DNA of 64,000 nt, taken from positions 32,001-96,000 of the IMG/VR virus record IMGVR_UViG_3300044797_000185; one strand, written 5' to 3'. Numbering within the stretch: the stretch's first letter is position 1; each line of letters starts with the position of its first letter. This document shows, piece by piece, positions 18,743 to 28,062 of this stretch. The translations under genes and the position numbers were made by a program. The notes under the pieces were generated by a model that was not told where the DNA came from, searched no databases, and saw only the letters and a list, made by a program, of their open reading frames with translations. The DNA comes from a virus.

Positions 18743-21193
18743 ATGCCAATTAATTATACGTTGAAAGTAAATGAAAGAGCAATACCTCAAGCAATAACTA
18801 ATGAAGCACATACAGTTGGAATTGTAGGTGTCTTCACAGTCGCTTCAGGAGAAATTCGCTTAATTGAGGTTCCTCAAGGGCCAGCTCCAGCTGTAACCAT
18901 AACTGGTTCTGGTGGCCCCTATAATGAAATTACAAGCGGGTCCCCTACTGGGGGTCAATTTTTAGTTAATTATTCTACAGGAGTTGTTACTTTTTCTACA
19001 GCTCAAAATGGGAATAGCGTTTTAGCTTCTTATACGGGACTTGGTTCTGAAATTGCAGCAGAAGATATCAATGAGCTTGAAATACCTGTTGGAATTGCCT
19101 TAAATGCTGATGGTTCTCTATCTGCTGGCATTGTTACAACCTCTAGTATTTCTAATTCAGCCGTTATTTCTCTAACAAATCTACAAACTTTAAATCCTTC
19201 CATTGTCCCCGTAACTAATGGTTCTGGTGTATTAACATCTTCTTCTACTACAGCAACGGAACTTGGTTATGTCCATGGTGTAACTTCTAATATTCAAACA
19301 CAGATTAATGCTCTTTCTTCGGGTACGGTATCTTCAATAACAGGAACAGCTAATGAAGTTATTGCTTCTTCCTCTACAGGAGCCATTACTCTTTCTCTAC
19401 CTCAACCTATAGCTACTACTTCTTCTCCAACATTTGCTTCACTCACACTCACTTCTCCTCTTACAGTAGCTAATGGTGGTACAGGAGATGCAACATTAAC
19501 AGCATACTCAGTACTTACTGGTGGTACTACTTCTACAGGAGCAGTTCAATCAGTATCAGGTGTAGGAACTACAGGACAAGTATTAACGAGTAATGGAGCA
19601 AGTACACTTCCTACATGGCAGACCCCTTCTGCTACAGGCATTACTGCTTTAACAGGCGATGTAGTTACTAATCCCGCTACTTTACTTGGCTCAGCTGGTT
19701 CTTTTGCAGTTCTAGGAGACACAGCAGTTACAAATACAGGAAGCACTGTTCTTACTGGTGATTTAGGTATCTATCCAGGAACATCTATTACAGGATTCCC
19801 TCCAGGAACATTTACAGGCACAGAACATATTGCTGATGCTACAGCAGCACAAGCACATACTGATGCTACTTCAGCCGCTACAACATTAAAAGCAATGGGA
19901 CCTGGAACAAACATTAGTTCTACAGATCTCAATGGTTTTACGGCTGTTCCAGGTGTTTATTCAGCAACAGCAGCAGGTACATGGACAGCAACAGGTAATT
20001 TAACCTTAAATGGTGCAGGAACTTATGTATTTTTGTTTGGAACTTCTCTTACTATAGGTTCAAACTGTAATGTAGTTTTAACTGGTGGAGCTACAGCTAA
20101 TAACGTTTACTTCGTAACTGGTACATTCTTTACTTTCGGAGCTAATGATACTATTAATGGTAATATCTTAGCTGGAACATCCATCACCTTTGCAGCTTCT
20201 AGCGTACTTAATGGTTGTGCTCTTATTTATGGTCCCTCTGGGACAACCGTAACATTCCCAAGTGCAGGAACAGTAACAGCTTCTGGTGGTACTAGTGGAA
20301 CAGCAGTTACTACTGTAGAAAGTGTTGGTGGATCTTCAGCAGCTAATATTCATAGTGCAGAACTTCTTGCTAATGCTGCTACATCTTTAGATACCCCATC
20401 AACTATAGTAAAACGTGATGCAAGTGGTAATTTTGCAGCTGGAACGATTACTCTTGACGATCAGGGAGCAATTGTATTTGAAGATTTGGCAGGTACAGCA
20501 TCCGTTACTTTAGAGGCTCCTACTACTGTTACAACAAGTTACACTTTAAATTTACCAATAGCACAAGGAAGTAGTGGTCAAACATTGAGTAATGATGGTA
20601 CTGGAATTTTAAGTTGGGTTACACCTGCTGGTGCAACGTATACAGCTGGAACGGGTATTACTTTAACAGGATCTTCTTTTTCACTTACGGCTCCAGTTAC
20701 TATTGCTTTAGGTGGAACAAATAGTACAACAGCTTTAACAAATAATAAAGTAATGATTTCAAGTTCTGGAGCTATTATAGAATCTGGAACTACTACAACT
20801 GAATTAGGTTTCGTCGATGCCACTAGCTCTATTCAGACACAATTAAACAGTAAACAATCAGCTACTTTGGCAGATGCAAATATTTGGGTTGGTAACGGCT
20901 TTAATACAGCAACAGCAGTTTCCTTAAGTGGGGATGCTACTTTGTCGGACACAGGAGTATTAACTCTTTCCACTGTAAATTCTAATGTTGGTTCTTTCAC
21001 TAATGCTAATATTACTGTAAATGCTAAAGGATTAATTACTGCTGCTTCTGATGGAAGTGCTAGTAGTACAGCAACATCATTTCAGATTTTAGCTAGTGAC
21101 CCAGGAAGTCCTACTACTGCTGAAGTTTGGTTTAACTCAACTGATTTTCAATTTAAGGGATATAACGGCACATCAACAGTAATTCTTGGTTAA
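18743..21193 (+). CDS. Tail fibre-like protein with DUF3494-like domain
   Basis: Shares fibre modules with the 3..2075 protein; DUF3494-like insert at about 19682-20260. Confidence 0.78.
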   Translation: MPINYTLKVNERAIPQAITNEAHTVGIVGVFTVASGEIRLIEVPQGPAPAVTITGSGGPYNEITSGSPTGGQFLVNYSTGVVTFSTAQNGNSVLASYTGLGSEIAAEDINELEIPVGIALNADGSLSAGIVTTSSISNSAVISLTNLQTLNPSIVPVTNGSGVLTSSSTTATELGYVHGVTSNIQTQINALSSGTVSSITGTANEVIASSSTGAITLSLPQPIATTSSPTFASLTLTSPLTVANGGTGDATLTAYSVLTGGTTSTGAVQSVSGVGTTGQVLTSNGASTLPTWQTPSATGITALTGDVVTNPATLLGSAGSFAVLGDTAVTNTGSTVLTGDLGIYPGTSITGFPPGTFTGTEHIADATAAQAHTDATSAATTLKAMGPGTNISSTDLNGFTAVPGVYSATAAGTWTATGNLTLNGAGTYVFLFGTSLTIGSNCNVVLTGGATANNVYFVTGTFFTFGANDTINGNILAGTSITFAASSVLNGCALIYGPSGTTVTFPSAGTVTASGGTSGTAVTTVESVGGSSAANIHSAELLANAATSLDTPSTIVKRDASGNFAAGTITLDDQGAIVFEDLAGTASVTLEAPTTVTTSYTLNLPIAQGSSGQTLSNDGTGILSWVTPAGATYTAGTGITLTGSSFSLTAPVTIALGGTNSTTALTNNKVMISSSGAIIESGTTTTELGFVDATSSIQTQLNSKQSATLADANIWVGNGFNTATAVSLSGDATLSDTGVLTLSTVNSNVGSFTNANITVNAKGLITAASDGSASSTATSFQILASDPGSPTTAEVWFNSTDFQFKGYNGTSTVILG
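19682..20260 (+). other. DUF3494 (IBP-like) domain, copy 2 (in fibre; most diverged)
   Basis: LLGSAGSFAVLGDTAVTNTGSTVLTGDLGIYPGTSITGFPPG..PGVY..LTLNGAGTYVF..ATANNVYF..INGNILAGTSIT. Confidence 0.85.
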
Positions 21194-21207
21194 AAAGGTA
21201 AATAATA

Positions 21208-23406
21208 ATGGCATTCTACGGATCTGGGATTTTTTATGGTTCTGGAAGTTTTTACATTGGGGCAACCACATCTGCTGCCCAGGGTATTCCTGTTGATCTT
21301 AGATTTTATAGAACAAGTCAGGATGGTATTTATGTTTTTTGGTGGGGGTTTGATCCTGCATTCATTAATCCCGCATTAGCGACAGCAGGTTTTGACTTAG
21401 AACTTGATACAGTTCCAACATTTAATTCCCCAAATTTAGTTGAATTTACACAAGTCACTGCCATCACGTTTCAAAATGGTAATGTTAGAAAAGGATTTGC
21501 TGTTCCCGTAGCAGCCCGTATTAATGCAACAGTACAGACTTGGTATGCCAGAGTAAGAACGCATACTCCCTCATTTATATCTGATTGGTCTGCAACATTG
21601 ACTTGGACTATACCAATGTCTGTTCAGCAATCTACAGCTGAAGCTTTAATGGAATCTTTACCTGATTATCATGTGTATGGTAAGGGGGATCTATTAAAAC
21701 CCGTATCTCAACGTAATTCTAATTTATGGGTTGTAGAAAATATGTATGGTAATCAATTTGATCAAGTATATTATACAAATTTTCTTACGCAAACTGATAA
21801 CTATGTAGATTTATGTGTAGATGAAAATTTATATGAAAATTTTGGTGTTCAGTTTAATTTTCCTAAACCAAATAGTATGCAGTACGTAGATTATCGGTGG
21901 ATTTTGATGAATTTGTATCTAGCTTCTTTAGTAGGCAGTACAAATGAAGCTATCATACTAACAGTTCAATCTTTTACGGGTGTTCCTCCTGCAATTACAA
22001 ATATTCGTGATATCAATAACTTTATTTTAACCACAACTCAAGATGCTCCTATTACACAAGTTCTTAATACGGCCACTATCGTATCTGTTATAGACGGTAC
22101 ACATTTATTAGTCAACAGCACAGTAGGATGGGTTTCTGGGGTTGCTTCAGATACAACAGCTTCTATTCCTTTTACAGTAGTCGAAGTAGAGGATGGTGTT
22201 CACCTAGTAGTTAATAGTACAGCTGGTATGACCGCAGGTGATACAATCGTTGAATCTGTTTTTTATACTTCTTCTCCATTCATTGATTCCACCCTAGTTG
22301 TTCAAGATGTTACTCCTAGTTCCCCTGTTTCTCCTCTTTTGACAGCTTCTACCTATGCTGTTTTGGGTGCTTCCACTGTTACAAATACTGGTAATAGTGT
22401 CCTTACGGGAAATTTAGGACTTTATCCAGGTACATCTGTCACTGGTTTTCCTCCTGGTACATTCACTGGTACAGAGAACATAAATAACGCAGCAGCCCAT
22501 ACCGCTCAAAATGATGCTATAGCAGCTTACACTACGTTTGCATCTATGGGAGGCGCAACTGTTCTAACTGGAGATTTGGGAGGAAAAACTCTTCTACCTG
22601 GACTTTATAAATATAGTAGTTCAGCAGGACTTACAGGAACTCTTACTTTAGATGCCGCTGGTAATGCTGGAGCTAAATGGATTTTTCAAATTGGTAGCAC
22701 ACTTACTACAGCTAGTAGTTCATCAATTGTTGTTATTAATGGTGGAAGTGCTGGTAACGTTTATTGGCAAGTTGGTAGCTCCGCTACCCTTGGAACAACA
22801 ACAGCATTTAAAGGAACTATCATTGCTCAAGCAAGTATTACGGCTACAACAAGTGCAGTTATTAATGGTGGACTTATTGCCCTTACTGGAGCAGTAACAT
22901 TAGACACAAATACAGTAACAGTTGTTCCTGGAACATCTTCATCAGGTCTTATAGTTCCTCCTAGTGCTTATGTGACAGATGGAGCATTGGGATATTGGAC
23001 TATGAGAGTTCCTACTACAGATACTTTACAAGCTACCTTTGATACAGGTAGTCCAATTAAAGTATTTGATGCTTTGCAGGGGGCTACAGTGTTATCTGGA
23101 CTTGTAACTTTTACTAATGGAAATAGTGTTATTTCTGGCTCAGGAACATTATTTTTATCTCAACTTTCTATTGGGCAAGAAGTTACAGATCCAAATGGAA
23201 TTTATCTAGGGACAATAGCCCAAATAACTGATAATACACATGCTACGTTGTTAGAGCCATGGCCAGGTCCTACCGAGGTCGTTACAGCTTACAGATTACT
23301 TTATACTGATACACAACTTCCCGTTCCTGTTCTATGGGATATACATACATTAGCTTTTGGAGTATTGATTACAATTTTTAATCCAGGAAACTTCCCACTT
23401 TTTTAA
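21208..23406 (+). CDS. Baseplate wedge / gpI-like protein with DUF3494-like domain
   Basis: LYENFGVQFNF..YRWILMNLYLASLVGSTNEAIILTVQSFTG resembles gpI-like wedge proteins; DUF3494-like insert at about 22336-22920. Confidence 0.65.
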   Translation: MAFYGSGIFYGSGSFYIGATTSAAQGIPVDLRFYRTSQDGIYVFWWGFDPAFINPALATAGFDLELDTVPTFNSPNLVEFTQVTAITFQNGNVRKGFAVPVAARINATVQTWYARVRTHTPSFISDWSATLTWTIPMSVQQSTAEALMESLPDYHVYGKGDLLKPVSQRNSNLWVVENMYGNQFDQVYYTNFLTQTDNYVDLCVDENLYENFGVQFNFPKPNSMQYVDYRWILMNLYLASLVGSTNEAIILTVQSFTGVPPAITNIRDINNFILTTTQDAPITQVLNTATIVSVIDGTHLLVNSTVGWVSGVASDTTASIPFTVVEVEDGVHLVVNSTAGMTAGDTIVESVFYTSSPFIDSTLVVQDVTPSSPVSPLLTASTYAVLGASTVTNTGNSVLTGNLGLYPGTSVTGFPPGTFTGTENINNAAAHTAQNDAIAAYTTFASMGGATVLTGDLGGKTLLPGLYKYSSSAGLTGTLTLDAAGNAGAKWIFQIGSTLTTASSSSIVVINGGSAGNVYWQVGSSATLGTTTAFKGTIIAQASITATTSAVINGGLIALTGAVTLDTNTVTVVPGTSSSGLIVPPSAYVTDGALGYWTMRVPTTDTLQATFDTGSPIKVFDALQGATVLSGLVTFTNGNSVISGSGTLFLSQLSIGQEVTDPNGIYLGTIAQITDNTHATLLEPWPGPTEVVTAYRLLYTDTQLPVPVLWDIHTLAFGVLITIFNPGNFPLF
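22336..22920 (+). other. DUF3494 (IBP-like) domain, copy 3 (in baseplate wedge)
   Basis: TASTYAVLGASTVTNTG..GNLGLYPGTSVTGFPPG..DLGGKTLLPGLYKYSSSAGLTGTLTLDAAGN..WIFQIGSTLTTAS..VYWQVGSSATLGT. Confidence 0.9.
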
Positions 23407-23424
23407 ATAACTAGGAGAATTACT

Positions 23425-23883
23425 ATGGCAGAATTAAATGATTCAATTAAATTAAAAGGTTCAGTGAGAAAGCAATTATTTGATGAAAATGGTATTTGTA
23501 TTTATGACCATACAGATTCTAATTTAATTGTTACCGTGGGGCTTAATTATTTAGCCACTTGGCTTGCTGCTTCTTCTCAAGGTGGTCCATTTATGTCTTA
23601 TATGGGACTTGGAACTGGTACAGCTACTCCTGTCATAGGTAATACTGCTTTACAAACACCTCTTCCAACTTATGTTCAAGGTGTGTTGTCAAGCCCTTCA
23701 GCTTCTGTATGGCAAAATGTTACTACTTTTCCCGCAGGTACAAATACTAATTCGGCTATTACTGAGGCAGGATTATTTAGTACAGCTGGTCCAGGAACAA
23801 TGTTTGCTCGTCAAGTTTTTTCTCCAATTAATAAAGGATCAGGAAATGCTTTGGTTGTTACATGGCAAGTGACTTACAGTTAA
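23425..23883 (+). CDS. Tail fibre attachment/collar-type small protein (gpH N-terminus-like)
   Basis: NLIVTVGLNYLA..YMGLGTG..TALQ..ITEAGLF..FARQVF.PINK pattern. Confidence 0.7.
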   Translation: MAELNDSIKLKGSVRKQLFDENGICIYDHTDSNLIVTVGLNYLATWLAASSQGGPFMSYMGLGTGTATPVIGNTALQTPLPTYVQGVLSSPSASVWQNVTTFPAGTNTNSAITEAGLFSTAGPGTMFARQVFSPINKGSGNALVVTWQVTYS

Positions 23884-23900
23884 TAAAATAAAGGTAATTT

Positions 23901-24767
23901 ATGGCAATCACACGAATCCAAGATGCTTCTTCAAGTGGAGCAGCTTCTACTAAAACTGTAACTATTTCTGCTTCTGGTAGTGGAAATTTACTTGTGGCTA
24001 TTTTTGTAAATAGGGATCAAAATACGACAGTAACGAGTATTACGGATAATGCTGGTAATACTTATGCTCAAGCTTCTGGAGCATATGCTACTAATTTTCA
24101 AACTACAACAGATATCTGGTATGCAAAAAATTCAGTTGCGGGAGCAACGACTGTAACCTTTAATTCTACTCCAGCCCCTAGTTTTAATGAGGGTGTTTGT
24201 ACTATTGTAGAATATTCAGGAGTCGACACTATAACTCCTATAGATGCTATCGGTTCTACCATAAATGGTGGAGCTTTTACTACACCCGCCTTTACAGCAC
24301 CAATTATAAATAATAATTCCAATTCAGTTATCCTTTCAGCAGTTGATGTTTCGGACAATACAATAACTGGTGTAGCCAATGGTTCTTGGGTTGAATTGCC
24401 CTCTGTAACTCCTATTGTAGATCATGTCATTGTTGAATTTTTCCCAGGAGCTACAGGTACATTTTCAACCAATTGTACACCAAGTGTATCTAATCGTTTT
24501 TCATCATCTTCTATAGCTTTTCAACCAGCATCTTCAACTTTAACTCTTTCTCTTTCTGATTCCATATCTCTTTCAGATTCACCCGTAATTCCATCTTTTG
24601 ATATTAGTCAAAGTTTATCCGATAGTGTAGTTGTTTCAGATTCATTTCCACAATCTTTTTCAGCTCAAAGTGACTTTTTAGCTCCAGTTACTGCCCCAGT
24701 AGTTGAGATGTTAGTAAATCAGTTAGTTCCTGCTCATGTTAAAACATATTTTAAGATAGTGGAATAA
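23901..24767 (+). CDS. Virion protein: beta-sandwich adhesin-like domain plus C-terminal LVPAHV segment
   Basis: SGNLLVAIFV..TDIWYAKN..VEYSGVD surface-domain pattern; ends VEMLVNQLVPAHVKTYFKIVE. Confidence 0.55.
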   Translation: MAITRIQDASSSGAASTKTVTISASGSGNLLVAIFVNRDQNTTVTSITDNAGNTYAQASGAYATNFQTTTDIWYAKNSVAGATTVTFNSTPAPSFNEGVCTIVEYSGVDTITPIDAIGSTINGGAFTTPAFTAPIINNNSNSVILSAVDVSDNTITGVANGSWVELPSVTPIVDHVIVEFFPGATGTFSTNCTPSVSNRFSSSSIAFQPASSTLTLSLSDSISLSDSPVIPSFDISQSLSDSVVVSDSFPQSFSAQSDFLAPVTAPVVEMLVNQLVPAHVKTYFKIVE

Positions 24768-24778
24768 AGGAGAAGTTT

Positions 24779-26641
24779 ATGGCATCAGCAATTTTTACAA
24801 ACGCACAGCGCATAATTGCACAAATTTTTCAATGGTTGCAGACTAGCGGTCAAACCCGCACCGCAAATCTTATTACAGATACTTTTTCAGCTGGAATAGA
24901 TAATGCAACAATTTCAGGCGAAGGATTTTTAGTTGTTCCTGGTACTAATAATACCTCGGCAAATCCTTCTGTTAATGTTACATTAGGAGGTATAGCTTAT
25001 GATCCTCTAGGGAATAGAATTTTCATAAGTCCATCAGATACATCTCTTTATAATCCTGCAAATGTTACGGCAACTACTAATGATGGCCTTGGTAATTTCC
25101 TTAGTACTCCTCAATCTTCTGGTGTAGTAAATATCCCTGTTACCCAAACTTCTTTAAACTATCTTTGGATAAATTACTTAGCTACTATTGATACGACTGC
25201 CTTTACACTAAATGAAGAAACGAATGCTAAGATTTTTTATAAACAAACAGATGGGTATAATATTACTGTTACTACAACAAATACTCCTCCTAATGCAAAT
25301 TCTCTTTTCTTAGCAAGCATAGATATGACAGGAGGTGGTGCAGTCGCCCCCTCAAATATTTCCCAAGTAGGAAGAACTTATTATGAAATTCTTCCTAACG
25401 TTGTTCCCATAACGACTCCATTTAATAATGGGTCAAATCGTACTCCTCAATATAATCAAAATACTCGTTATACTTTAGACGCTCATATAAAGTCAATTGG
25501 AACTGGGACAGGTATTTCGCCTTTTAACCCACATAATATGTCGTTAGCAGATTTGGGTGTATCTACTTTAGATACCGTAGTTGGTCGTAGCCAAATTGAA
25601 GGTAATAACAATGTTATTTTAGCAGGAACTGTTGGAAATCCCTTTCCTACCGCTTCTGCCATGGCACCTAGTATCGCCATTGTAGATCCTGGAAGTGACT
25701 TCATCATCATTCAACAGCTTCTTTCATCTGAATTTGCAATCGTTAATGGAGCCGCTTATAATGTGACTGATATTTTCGGAGCTATTCCAACAAATGCTAA
25801 TATATTCTTTCCACCCGTATCTGGATTTTATTATGTTTATTGGGATTCAGTTACAAAAGCTTTTGCAGTATCCACAACAAATATCTCAGCAGATGTTACG
25901 AAGCTTTTACTTGCAACTGTTACATACACTGTAAATTTTACTCCTGGGTATAATCATCTTTCTGGTTTAACAGATCTTAGACTTATTGGAGGTACAGTTA
26001 ATCTATTGCAACGTTGGACTACCGCAGGAAGACCTACGAATCCATTAGTAGGAGAGTTTGGTTTTAACATTACTTTGGGTACATTTGAATATTGGGATGG
26101 AACTGCATGGCAACAAGTCGTTACTGCCTCTTCCAATAGTACTGTTCCAACTGGATCATTGTTACCTTTTGCAGGTACTTCTGCCCCCGCTGGGTTCTTA
26201 TTGGCTAATGGAGCTTCTGTTTCGACAGTTACTTATTCAAATTTATTCGCAGTAATTGGATATATTTATGGGGGAGCTGGAGCAAGTTTTAATCTTCCTA
26301 ATATGGTGAATAATGTTCCTGTTGGTGCAGGTAGTATCGCTTCATTAGGAACAACCGTTGGAGCAACAACAGGAGCTGATACAGTTACACCAACACAAGT
26401 TCCTCATCAACATGCTACAACCATGGGTCATATAGGTTCAACTGGATATATAGATAATACAGATCCCTATGGTACTACAAGTCGTAATACAACTATTCAA
26501 GAGTTTGCTATGGCTGGATCTGGACCAACAACAGAACCTTTTGATTTAACTAGCTCAGTAACACCTGCAATTAACCCTATAACAGTGAATGTACCTATTG
26601 TACAACCTTCATTGGGTCTAAATTATATTATTAAATATTAA
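24779..26641 (+). CDS. Tail fibre/collar protein with phage tail collar domain
   Basis: VPTGSLLPFAGTSAPAGFLLANGASVS..YSNLFAVIGYIYGG..FNLPN and C-terminal QPSLGLNYIIKY. Confidence 0.88.
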   Translation: MASAIFTNAQRIIAQIFQWLQTSGQTRTANLITDTFSAGIDNATISGEGFLVVPGTNNTSANPSVNVTLGGIAYDPLGNRIFISPSDTSLYNPANVTATTNDGLGNFLSTPQSSGVVNIPVTQTSLNYLWINYLATIDTTAFTLNEETNAKIFYKQTDGYNITVTTTNTPPNANSLFLASIDMTGGGAVAPSNISQVGRTYYEILPNVVPITTPFNNGSNRTPQYNQNTRYTLDAHIKSIGTGTGISPFNPHNMSLADLGVSTLDTVVGRSQIEGNNNVILAGTVGNPFPTASAMAPSIAIVDPGSDFIIIQQLLSSEFAIVNGAAYNVTDIFGAIPTNANIFFPPVSGFYYVYWDSVTKAFAVSTTNISADVTKLLLATVTYTVNFTPGYNHLSGLTDLRLIGGTVNLLQRWTTAGRPTNPLVGEFGFNITLGTFEYWDGTAWQQVVTASSNSTVPTGSLLPFAGTSAPAGFLLANGASVSTVTYSNLFAVIGYIYGGAGASFNLPNMVNNVPVGAGSIASLGTTVGATTGADTVTPTQVPHQHATTMGHIGSTGYIDNTDPYGTTSRNTTIQEFAMAGSGPTTEPFDLTSSVTPAINPITVNVPIVQPSLGLNYIIKY

Positions 26642-26680
26642 TAGAATATTTTAATGCATAGATTTAATTGGAGATAGGAT

Positions 26681-27265
26681 ATGAAAAAGATTTGTATAAA
26701 GTGTAATATTGAAAAAGATATAGATGAATTTGGTATTAGAAAAAATTCTAAAGATGGTCGTCATTATTATTGTAAAGATTGTGCTAATGCTGCAATAGAA
26801 AAACATTATGAAGAACATCCAGAAATGCTGGAAGTAAAGAAACAAAGACGTATAGAATATGTAATTAATAATCCTGAAAAAGTTGCTGAACAAAAATATC
26901 GATCTAGGGAGAAACATAGAGTTAAAGAAAATGCACAAGCTTTGATTAATAGGCGAACCCTTAGAGGTAGATTTAATACAGGAAGAAATAACAATAAAAG
27001 ACGTGGAATTCCAAGTAATATAACTTTTGAAGAGTGGTGTATTTTTGTAGTAAATCCCTGTCATTATTGCACTGGATCATTAGCTGAAACTGGTTTTGGT
27101 GTTGATCGAATTGACAGCAATCTTGGGTATGAGCAAGATAATTTAGTACCTTGTTGTTATATTTGTAATATTATGAAATCCACTCTTTCTACCGAAGAAT
27201 TTTTTAGACATATAGAGAAAATTAGAAATTGTGTTCCCTATCAAAAATGGTTACAAAGAAAATAA
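26681..27265 (+). CDS. HNH homing endonuclease
   Basis: KICIKCNIEK..CKDC N-terminus; CHYC..GVDRIDSNLGYEQDNLVPCCYICNIMK. Confidence 0.88.
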   Translation: MKKICIKCNIEKDIDEFGIRKNSKDGRHYYCKDCANAAIEKHYEEHPEMLEVKKQRRIEYVINNPEKVAEQKYRSREKHRVKENAQALINRRTLRGRFNTGRNNNKRRGIPSNITFEEWCIFVVNPCHYCTGSLAETGFGVDRIDSNLGYEQDNLVPCCYICNIMKSTLSTEEFFRHIEKIRNCVPYQKWLQRK

Positions 27266-27267
27266 AT

Positions 27268-28059
27268 ATGATACATCGTTATTCATGGCATCCAGACCTT
27301 CCTGATTTCAGAGATTTTAAGTATGCTTTGCATAGACTTAAAGTATCTCCTATTCCTGTTGTTCTTCCTATAAAGATTGATCTTCGTTCTTTTTGCTCAC
27401 CAGTTTTTGATCAAGGTCAGTATGGTTCATGTACTAGCCAATCTCTTGCGGGGCATTTGGAATTTTTAGAGCTTAAAGAGATTCGAGAGAAAACTGTTGC
27501 TCCTGAAGAGTTTGACCCAAATGCATTCACTCTGTTTAGTCGCTTGTTCATTTACTATAATGAAAGGCTAATAGAAAATACAGTAAATCAGGATAGTGGA
27601 GCACAAATCAGGGATGGTATAAAATCTTTGGCACAATGGGGAGATTGCAAAGAAGGCAATTGGAGTTATATGCCAGGGAATGTATTTGCTAAACCTTCTG
27701 ATGTTGCTTATCAAGAAGCTTCAAATCATAAAATCAGTACTTATATGCGTTTGGAGAGCTTAGAAGATATAAAAAATTGTCTTAACGAAGGCTATCCCGT
27801 TTCATTTGGTTTTACCGTATTTGAATCTTTTGAGGGACCAACAGTAGCTAATACAGGAATTGTTCCCGTTCCTTCTTTGAATGAAGATATTGAGGGGGGT
27901 CATGCAGTTCTAGCTGTTGGATACGATGATGAACATAATTGGTTAATAGTGCGTAATTCATGGGGTCCAATATGGGGAGATCGTGGTTATTTCTACCTTC
28001 CTTACGAATTTATTAATGATAGAAATCTTAGTGATGACTACTGGACTATAAGGCGTTAA
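27268..28059 (+). CDS. Papain-family (C1A) cysteine peptidase
   Basis: Catalytic motifs DQGQYGSCT, GGHAVLAVGYD, VRNSWG; start set at ATG of MIHRYSW. Confidence 0.93.
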   Translation: MIHRYSWHPDLPDFRDFKYALHRLKVSPIPVVLPIKIDLRSFCSPVFDQGQYGSCTSQSLAGHLEFLELKEIREKTVAPEEFDPNAFTLFSRLFIYYNERLIENTVNQDSGAQIRDGIKSLAQWGDCKEGNWSYMPGNVFAKPSDVAYQEASNHKISTYMRLESLEDIKNCLNEGYPVSFGFTVFESFEGPTVANTGIVPVPSLNEDIEGGHAVLAVGYDDEHNWLIVRNSWGPIWGDRGYFYLPYEFINDRNLSDDYWTIRR

Positions 28060-28062
28060 ATT

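Noticed and set aside
23395-23415. T_TTT_TTA slippery site at the end of the wedge gene as a route to read into downstream genes
   Set aside because: The -1 frame hits TAG within three codons.
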